DNA from: a virus
Taxonomy: Duplodnaviria; Caudoviricetes
DNA: 61,743 nucleotides
Strand: one strand, 5' to 3'
IMG/VR virus record: IMGVR_UViG_3300032893_000044
Coordinates: 1 to 61,743 of that record
The notes beneath the pieces were generated by a model, which worked only from the letters and a program-made list of their open reading frames with translations, did not search any database and was not told the origin of the DNA. This document shows positions 54,637 through 61,743 of this stretch, piece after piece. The stretch's first letter is position 1, and each line of letters starts with the position of its first letter. The position numbers were made by a program, and so were the translations under genes.

Positions 54637-56883
54637 ATGGCAAACAATCTTACAGCCCCTAACATTCAACCTTCGGCTACCGTTATCGCCGATACCGGTC
54701 TTTTCTTTGTGCCTTTAGATGCAAACAACGACTACGACCCCTTAACGCGTAACGGAGTTGTACAAGGCATTCAGTTAAGCCCCGGAGCATTACCGCCTTC
54801 AGTCAGCCAAGTGGTCCGGGAAGGCGAATATTATCCCGTACCCGTTTCTGCTTGCCTAGATTTGAATTCTGTGAGCGGCGGCTTACTCGTACCCCGTCTC
54901 ACCAACGACACCATTACTTCAGATGATTTTGTGCCAACCAACGGCATGATTGTTTACAACACAACGCTCGGCTCCATGGACATGTTCATTGACGGCGCTT
55001 GGGAAAACTTCACCCAAGGCAACGGCGATGTCGCAGGACCCGCAGAAGCAGTGGAAGGAAATATTGCTGTTTATGGTGATATGACCGGGAAAGTGATTAT
55101 TGATAGCGGGGTCGGCATTGAAGCTGTCGAGGCTTTAAATGGCAGTAAGGCCGCTACCGTCAATTTGCTGACAGATTTAGGGTTTTTACAGTTCACCAAC
55201 TTGATTGGCGCTATTTACGTCACGGATACCGGTGTTACTAATTACCTCGCACAAGAGTTTGTTTTAAATACCGTTGGAGGATTAACCCAAGGTTGCACCA
55301 TTGTCAATGGAACAACTGGCGGGGTTAGCTCCACTAGTATTAGTGCTTTATTGGAGATTCAATCCACCACCGGCGCATTGCTGCTGTCAAGAATGACAAC
55401 CGTAGAGCGTGATGCTTTAGTCAATCCCGTTAACGGTTTGATGATTTACAACACAGATTCCGGTGTCAATGCCGTTCAAGCCTATGAAGGCGGCACTTGG
55501 AAAACCTTGTCAGATGCGGGCACCGGCACCGTGACTTCTGTTGCAACCACCGGTTTTATTACCACTGAAAGCGGCTCTGCCATCACTAACTCTGGGACAT
55601 TAAAAATTGCAAACTCTAATCCTGATACTTTGCTTGGTTTTGAATCGGGCACCGGTATTCCCACCAATATTACGGCGGGCGCCGGTATCAGTATCACAGG
55701 CGGACAAATTAGCGCCACGGGAGCGGCAACGGTTGCGATTACCGCAGGAACAGGATTAGGCGCCTCGCCTGCAAGCCCCATTGAAGGAGTAGGCGAACTC
55801 TTTATTCAAAATACCGGCTTAACGGCAGGTAATTACTTTGCCAGCATCATGAGCTTTAATGCGCAAGGACAAGCCACTGGCGTTGTACAGCCCGTGAGCT
55901 TATTCGATACCAACTTGGCCTCGATTGCCATTCCCAATCAGCTAGGTTCGCTATTAGGACTTAATCCTACCGTTTCACAATATGTGACTGCGTTAGGGTG
56001 GCAAGCGATGCCCAGGGTCGCAACCAATGGACCCACTTCAGCTGCTTATAACACGGCACTTGGAGCTGCCAGCTTAGATTATTTTGGGTTTGGTCAATAC
56101 AACATCGGTATCGGATATGGTTCGGGCGCTTATAACGGCACCGCAGTGAATGCCTACCAAGCCAATAGTTGTATCTTTATCGGCTCCTTTACGACCACTA
56201 ATCAGGGCACGCTCAGTAATGCGATGGCCTTAGGAACTGGTACGTCAGTCAATAGCTCCAACTCCACCGTTATCGCCAATAAATCCTACATCGGCTTTAA
56301 CGAACCAGATCCGCAATATCCGCTTGATATCGGCCCCGTTGCAAGAGGGGATGTTGGTCAAAAGATTGCTGCTATTCAACTACAAGCCAGCGAAGCCGTT
56401 CCCACAACGCCCAATAGCGGAAATGTTGTTTTATACGCAAATTCCGGCGTTTTAGCCTACCGGTTAGCCTCCGGTGACACGCAAAATGTGCTCGGTATCA
56501 GCAGCAGCATCACGCCAGGCACTTATAACAAATTCACCATTAGCAGCGAAGGCGTCATTACCGCGGGTGTTTCTGGCGGACAAATCGTGAGCGTGACGAC
56601 GGTTTCTTTAGCTTCCAGCGCTTATAACGTGTTAGCGACCGATTACATCGTAGCGGTGACCAGCACCACCAATTCCAACAACGTTTATCTGCCTGCTGCA
56701 ACACCCGATATTGATGGGCAAACCTACATTGTGAAAGACCAAGGCGGCAATGCTGCATCTTCTAATATCGCCGTGCATGTTTTTGGGGGCGGAAGTATTG
56801 ACGGGGTCAGCGCCAAACTCATCAGCACCAATTACGGCTATCTCTCTTTCTACACCGACGGAAACGCTTGGTATACGGGATAA
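54637..56883 (+). CDS. Tail fibre protein
   Basis: GTVTSV, ITAG.GISIT, NTALG repeats; C-terminal LP..G..YIVKD..G..IDG..NYG..DG..W module. Confidence 0.75.
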   Translation: MANNLTAPNIQPSATVIADTGLFFVPLDANNDYDPLTRNGVVQGIQLSPGALPPSVSQVVREGEYYPVPVSACLDLNSVSGGLLVPRLTNDTITSDDFVPTNGMIVYNTTLGSMDMFIDGAWENFTQGNGDVAGPAEAVEGNIAVYGDMTGKVIIDSGVGIEAVEALNGSKAATVNLLTDLGFLQFTNLIGAIYVTDTGVTNYLAQEFVLNTVGGLTQGCTIVNGTTGGVSSTSISALLEIQSTTGALLLSRMTTVERDALVNPVNGLMIYNTDSGVNAVQAYEGGTWKTLSDAGTGTVTSVATTGFITTESGSAITNSGTLKIANSNPDTLLGFESGTGIPTNITAGAGISITGGQISATGAATVAITAGTGLGASPASPIEGVGELFIQNTGLTAGNYFASIMSFNAQGQATGVVQPVSLFDTNLASIAIPNQLGSLLGLNPTVSQYVTALGWQAMPRVATNGPTSAAYNTALGAASLDYFGFGQYNIGIGYGSGAYNGTAVNAYQANSCIFIGSFTTTNQGTLSNAMALGTGTSVNSSNSTVIANKSYIGFNEPDPQYPLDIGPVARGDVGQKIAAIQLQASEAVPTTPNSGNVVLYANSGVLAYRLASGDTQNVLGISSSITPGTYNKFTISSEGVITAGVSGGQIVSVTTVSLASSAYNVLATDYIVAVTSTTNSNNVYLPAATPDIDGQTYIVKDQGGNAASSNIAVHVFGGGSIDGVSAKLISTNYGYLSFYTDGNAWYTG

Positions 56884-56885
56884 AC

Positions 56886-59123
56886 ATGTCGACGACAAAT
56901 CCTTTTCGACAACTCATTTTATATCCGGGGACCGGCCTCACAGGCGGTCCCTTCGGGATTTTGTCGTTTCCATTGCCTTACATTCCTCCTACGCCCACGC
57001 AAACGGTTATCAAAGACAATGGCGAAGATTATTACACCGCTGATTATATTAGCTTAGCAGACAGCGGCGCAACAGCAGGAACTTATTATTTTCCTAAACT
57101 CACCATTCAAACCACAGGCATTATTTCTGCGATTGATTCTCATGGCTACGAAGATGCTTCAGCTAATTTATTTTTAAGCAATAACGCAGGCAATAACACG
57201 CTGAGCGGTATTAATAACGTCGGAATTGGTTATGGTGCTTTAAAGCTGATTTCCGGAGGAAATTATAATTTCGGCTTAGGCGCACAAGCATTAGCCTCAT
57301 TGACCGGCGGCTCAGGTAATGCCATGGTAGGCTTCCAATCGGGAGCCAGCATTGTTAATAACAATAGCAATGTAGGATTTGGTTATGGTGCTTTAGCAGC
57401 TTTACTGACCGGCGATGATAATACTTCAATCGGCGCACGTGCGGGCATTGCCAGAACTTCTTATAGTTCCTGCACGTTTTTAGGTTATTCAGCAGATGCC
57501 ACCACCGGCGGCTTAAGTAATTCAGGTGCCATTGGGGCTAATGCCACCATTAGCGTTAGCAATGGAATTAATATCGGCAGCGGTACTTATGTCGGCGTTA
57601 ACCAGCCGTCTCCCGCTTATTCTTTAGATTTAGCCAACGTCAGTAGTCAATGTGGCCTCCGCTTAGCCGCCAGCACTGGAACCCCTACAACGCCTGGAAA
57701 TACCAATGATATTGTTATTTTCAATAACGCAGGAGCTCCTTATTGGAAAGATACGGGAGGCACCTTGCATGCCTTTGGGAGCGGTAGCGGTTCAGTCACT
57801 AGTTTAACAGCAGGAACCGGTATTACCTTAACGCCCAGTACTATTACCACGACGGGAACCATTGCTTTAACCACACCCGTTGCTTTAACCAATGGCGGAA
57901 CCAATGCGAGTTTAACGGCTTCTAATGGCGGCATTGTTTATTCAACCGCCTCTGCTTTAGCCATTTTAAGCGGCACTTCAACCGCTCGGCAAATGCTGCA
58001 ATCAGGCGCCAGCACAACCCCTGCCTGGTCAACGGCGACATGGCCTGCCACAACCACGATTAATCAAATTCTATATTCCTCTGCGGCTAATACCGTAACA
58101 GGATTAGCTACGGCAAATAGCAGCGTCTTGGTGACTAATTCCAGCGGTGTTCCAAGTCTAACCAATATCTTGCCGGCGATTAAAGTTCAAGCGACTAATA
58201 CCGATGCTTTTGATGTGCAAAATTCTGGTGGAAGCACGACGCATTTTAAAGTAGATACCACGAATAGCGTCATTTATTTAAATGATGTGACGCAGTTGGG
58301 CGGATTTAATAATGCGACTGCCTTTTATATTCAAGATTCTGGTGCAAATGTTTATTCGAGCTTTTCAACGGTTAATACCGCATCTGTTTATACCGCCACG
58401 CAGCCAGGTGGTACCAGCTCTCCGGCCATCTTTTTAAATGGCACCGGTACCGCTTCTGGCTCAGGAACTTATACAGCGGATGGTATCGCTTTTGCACTTT
58501 TTTATACCAATAATCTTGGCAATATTCAAAGCGTCATTACTCAAAAAGGTTGGCTAGGAGATAGTACTAAAACTATTTTACGCGTTTATGCGCAACAGAG
58601 TGGCGTGACAACTATGGTGGTTGATTGCGTTAAAGGGGATAACTCGGGTTCTGCCCCAATTTATTTTGGTAATGGAATTTATGCTAATTCAGACAATTCT
58701 TACACCTGCGGTGCAAGTGGTCATCGTTGGTCAGCAGTTTGGGCCGCTAACGGCACCATTCAAACCTCAGCACAGTCGCAAAAAAATAATGTTATTGATT
58801 CGCCTTTAGGCTTAGATTTTATCAACAAATTGCAACCTAAATGCTGGAAATGGAATAACGGACCTGAACAAACAAAAACCCATCATGGCTTTGTTTATGA
58901 AGATGTAGCATCGCTTATTTCACCAGAATATTTTGGAGGATTATATCCTGCCGAGAATCTAGAACATGACATTCGAGATGAAGAAACAAAAGAGATTAAA
59001 AAATTTGTTGAAGAAGGTACTCATGGCTTAAATTATGCCGCTTTCATTGCGCCCATGGTCTCCGCCATTCAAACCTTATCCCAAAAAGTCATGCGCTTAG
59101 AAGCGCAATTGGAGGCCGCATGA
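56886..59123 (+). CDS. Tail fibre/spike with C-terminal peptidase S74 chaperone domain
   Basis: N..G..AL repeats; IQTS....KNN..LGLDFINKL.P, HGF...DV, LNY..FIAPMV.AIQ.L. Confidence 0.85.
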   Translation: MSTTNPFRQLILYPGTGLTGGPFGILSFPLPYIPPTPTQTVIKDNGEDYYTADYISLADSGATAGTYYFPKLTIQTTGIISAIDSHGYEDASANLFLSNNAGNNTLSGINNVGIGYGALKLISGGNYNFGLGAQALASLTGGSGNAMVGFQSGASIVNNNSNVGFGYGALAALLTGDDNTSIGARAGIARTSYSSCTFLGYSADATTGGLSNSGAIGANATISVSNGINIGSGTYVGVNQPSPAYSLDLANVSSQCGLRLAASTGTPTTPGNTNDIVIFNNAGAPYWKDTGGTLHAFGSGSGSVTSLTAGTGITLTPSTITTTGTIALTTPVALTNGGTNASLTASNGGIVYSTASALAILSGTSTARQMLQSGASTTPAWSTATWPATTTINQILYSSAANTVTGLATANSSVLVTNSSGVPSLTNILPAIKVQATNTDAFDVQNSGGSTTHFKVDTTNSVIYLNDVTQLGGFNNATAFYIQDSGANVYSSFSTVNTASVYTATQPGGTSSPAIFLNGTGTASGSGTYTADGIAFALFYTNNLGNIQSVITQKGWLGDSTKTILRVYAQQSGVTTMVVDCVKGDNSGSAPIYFGNGIYANSDNSYTCGASGHRWSAVWAANGTIQTSAQSQKNNVIDSPLGLDFINKLQPKCWKWNNGPEQTKTHHGFVYEDVASLISPEYFGGLYPAENLEHDIRDEETKEIKKFVEEGTHGLNYAAFIAPMVSAIQTLSQKVMRLEAQLEAA

Positions 59124-59752
59124 GCTTAACTTATGACAGTCTTGTCCAGCAAATCATGGACAACCTCGATCGCACCGATAACGCCACTCTCTTAGAAGTG
59201 CCTAACTTTATCGCGAGAGCGGAGCAAATCGGGTCACGCAAAATCTTAAGTATCGGGATGCTTCAGTATGTGACCGGCACTTTAACGCCAGGCATTAATC
59301 AATATGAAAAGCCCGCGAATTGGCGGCAAAACATCACTTTTAGCTGTCAAAGTTTAGATGGATTGCAAACCGTTTCAACCCTGCAATTACGCAGCTATGA
59401 ATACATGGTTCAATATTCACCGCAACCAGGATTACAAAGTATCCCTATCTTTTACGGGGATTTTGATTATAACACCATTTATATCGCGCCAACGCCTGAT
59501 TTAGCGTATCCGTTCTTATGGGGCTATTTACAATTACCTTTCCCCTTAAGTCCGCAAAATCAAACCAATTGGTATACCAATAATGCGCCGGATTATATCT
59601 TCTACGCTTCCATGGTAGAAGCCATGCTTTATCTTAAAACAGACGATAGATTGCAGCTTTTCCAAGGCAAAATGCAAGAGGCTATCGATAGTCTTAACGA
59701 ACAAGATAAACGCCGCGTCATTGACCGTTCAGCAAATGTGGGGGCTGCATAA
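59120..59752 (+). CDS. Tail adaptor/tubular protein
   Basis: TYDSL..I...L.R, P.FI..AE, APTPD..Y, NQTNW...APD...Y..EA...LK. Confidence 0.8.
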   Translation: MSLTYDSLVQQIMDNLDRTDNATLLEVPNFIARAEQIGSRKILSIGMLQYVTGTLTPGINQYEKPANWRQNITFSCQSLDGLQTVSTLQLRSYEYMVQYSPQPGLQSIPIFYGDFDYNTIYIAPTPDLAYPFLWGYLQLPFPLSPQNQTNWYTNNAPDYIFYASMVEAMLYLKTDDRLQLFQGKMQEAIDSLNEQDKRRVIDRSANVGAA

Positions 59753-61677
59753 TGGCTATGCAACAACAAAATCTCCCTCATATCTCGCCTTTATTGATGA
59801 AGCCTGGCATTTTGCGGGATGGCACAACGTTTGCTAAACCTAATTATGTTGATGGTCAATGGATGCGTTTTTATCGGGGACTGCCTAAGAAAATGGGCGG
59901 CTATCAACAAATTACCGCCGATTTAACCGGCATTGCCAGGGGGGTTTATGTCGTTCCTCGTTCTCCTAATTTTGATGTGTATGTTGGTGATGCTAACAAG
60001 CTTATTGTAGTACCTATCAATTATCAAGGTATTCCTATCGGCAATGTCAGTACCGATAGAACGCCGGCTAATTTTGCCACTAATCCGGCAAACGATTGGC
60101 AATTTGATGTGATGTATTCTAACAATTTTGATTCCAGTATTTTAATTGCTTTTGCGGCACCCAACTTAAATTCTATCGACAGCCGCATTGAAAGACCTGT
60201 TTATTACGGAAAAACCTATCCTTTAGTGGATGCGGATGTTCCGCTGCAATCAACCGGCATTAATGTCAGCGGCGGCATTATGGTGCTTCATCCTTTCTTA
60301 TTTTATCTCGGTAATGATGGACAAGTGCAATGGAGTGAAGCCAGTAATCCCAGCGTGATTGCCGGAGAAAGCCGCATTGCGCCTTATAAACTGGTGGCAG
60401 GATTAGCCACCCGCGGGGGCACCAATTCACCAGCGGGTTTAATTTGGAGTTTAGACAGAGTCATTCGCGTCACCTTTGTGGGCGGCGCTACGCAATTTAA
60501 CTTTGATACCGTCACAGGACAAAGTTCAATTTTATCTTCGCGCTCCATTATTGAATGGGATGGCCTTTATTTTTGGTGCGGAGTAGACCGCTTTTTATTC
60601 TACAACGGTGCGGTTCAAGAATTACCCAACGATATGAACATGAACTTCTTTTTTAATAACCTGAACTATGCGCAGCGTCAAAAAGTGTGGGCCACCAAAG
60701 TCACGCGTTGGGGTGAAATTTGGTGGTTTTTCCCCAAAGGGGACAGTATCGAGTGCAATTGGGCTATCGTTTATAACGTGCGCCAACAAGTTTGGTATGA
60801 CACGCCCATCAATCGAGCCGATGGGTATTACGACAATGTGTTTGCGCAACCCATTTGGTCTGACACGATGCCCATTGTCACTCAGCAGCTTAATGGAACG
60901 CCGAGCGCTTCTACCGGCGATGCCAGCGGTGTGTTTACGGGTGTTTCTCCTTGCACCCAAAGCGCGCCTAATGGCTATATTCGCTATCAGTGGCAAGCGC
61001 CCGGATTCCCCATCGCGGTCGTTAAAATCACGTCTGAAACGACACAAACTTATCAGCTCTCGTTGCAAAGTTCTAATGATGGCGCTACGTGGAATACTGT
61101 TTTAGCGATTCCTTCGCAAACCTATACCGCTGATACTGAATATGTGTTTAACGTTCCCGTTCCTGATTATGGCACTTACTTTCAGATTTTAGAAACGGGC
61201 GGTCATACGCTCAATATTCAAGCGCTCAACTTTAGCACCAATAACTATCCCATTTGGATGCAAGAGGTGGGTGTTGACCAGGTGGTCGATGGCAAAGTCT
61301 CGCCCATTTATTCTTTCTTTGAAACGGGCTCTTTGTCTTGGGTCGCGGTTGATGCGGAAAAGGAACGTCATGGTTATGACCGTTGGTATTACCTGTATCG
61401 GGTAGAACCAGACTTTTTACAAGAAGGCGACATGACATTGAGCGTGATGGGACAACAGTATTCTCGCGTTCAAAGTCAAAACACCAATACTTTGTCCGGA
61501 CCTTATACCTTTTCTCCTACCACAGAAAAAATTGATATTGGCACGCCGCGTCAGGCGCGAGAAATGACCTTGAAGTTTGAAAGCAACACCATCGGCGGCG
61601 ATTACGAAATGGGTCAAATCTTAGTGTTGGCACGCATTGGCGACGGTCGTCAGTCACCTCCGACGGAGGCCACCTAA
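59752..61677 (+). CDS. Tail nozzle/tubular protein B
   Basis: PGI.RDGT, DG.W.RF.RG.P.KMGG, GL.WSLD, GEIWWF.P, R.EPDF, L.FESN..GDY.MG. Confidence 0.8.
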   Translation: MAMQQQNLPHISPLLMKPGILRDGTTFAKPNYVDGQWMRFYRGLPKKMGGYQQITADLTGIARGVYVVPRSPNFDVYVGDANKLIVVPINYQGIPIGNVSTDRTPANFATNPANDWQFDVMYSNNFDSSILIAFAAPNLNSIDSRIERPVYYGKTYPLVDADVPLQSTGINVSGGIMVLHPFLFYLGNDGQVQWSEASNPSVIAGESRIAPYKLVAGLATRGGTNSPAGLIWSLDRVIRVTFVGGATQFNFDTVTGQSSILSSRSIIEWDGLYFWCGVDRFLFYNGAVQELPNDMNMNFFFNNLNYAQRQKVWATKVTRWGEIWWFFPKGDSIECNWAIVYNVRQQVWYDTPINRADGYYDNVFAQPIWSDTMPIVTQQLNGTPSASTGDASGVFTGVSPCTQSAPNGYIRYQWQAPGFPIAVVKITSETTQTYQLSLQSSNDGATWNTVLAIPSQTYTADTEYVFNVPVPDYGTYFQILETGGHTLNIQALNFSTNNYPIWMQEVGVDQVVDGKVSPIYSFFETGSLSWVAVDAEKERHGYDRWYYLYRVEPDFLQEGDMTLSVMGQQYSRVQSQNTNTLSGPYTFSPTTEKIDIGTPRQAREMTLKFESNTIGGDYEMGQILVLARIGDGRQSPPTEAT

Positions 61678-61743
61678 TGGTTTTACCTATCAATATTTCT
61701 CTCAAAGATTGGGCCCACAGTCAGAGTGTGGATTATCCCAACG
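61677..61743 (+). CDS. 5' part of junction-spanning small gene (continues at position 1)
   Basis: TAATG coupling to nozzle stop; GGAGG RBS. Confidence 0.7.
   Translation, partial: MVLPINISLKDWAHSQSVDYPN

Noticed and set aside
556-61705. Many ORF-track entries antisense to or nested in long genes (e.g. 4947-5222, 29470-29850, 44245-44652, 60622-61068)
   Set aside because: Shadow frames of well-supported genes, with no RBS or recognisable motif

Overview
The window appears to be a complete, circularly permuted ~61.7 kb genome of a tailed, podovirus-like phage. Bases 61717-61743 repeat bases 1-27 (25/27 identical), and one gene runs across the join. The core genes are terminase small and large subunits, portal, a GroES-like chaperone, scaffold, major capsid protein, adaptor and nozzle, four tail fibre/spike proteins and probable ejection proteins. 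There is also an ERF recombinase, a VRR-NUC nuclease and an HTH replication initiator containing DnaA boxes. Host-like genes are pth, speD, an SPFH protein, a ProQ/FinO-domain protein and a stand-alone GlyRS-beta anticodon-binding domain; these suggest a gammaproteobacterial, possibly Legionellales-like, host (inference). I could not recognise an integrase, DNA polymerase, endolysin, tRNA or CRISPR array. Two features stand out. (1) Nine small non-coding units flank the ProQ/FinO gene (17506-18272 and 20088-20296). Most have their own sigma70 promoter, and each has a unique 5' segment followed by a conserved AGCC(C/T)C-loop-G(G/A)GGCT hairpin and an (N)AACTT-like tail. Several of the unique segments are reverse complements of RBS/start-codon-like sequence, so this is a candidate phage-encoded, multiplexed sRNA plus FinO-chaperone silencing system. 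(2) About 38 small, tightly coupled ORFs share a C-terminal (K/R)x(Y/H)Yxx(I/V)(I/V/M) motif and lie in four clusters inserted between the core modules. All assignments come from reading motifs by eye; no database searches were run.
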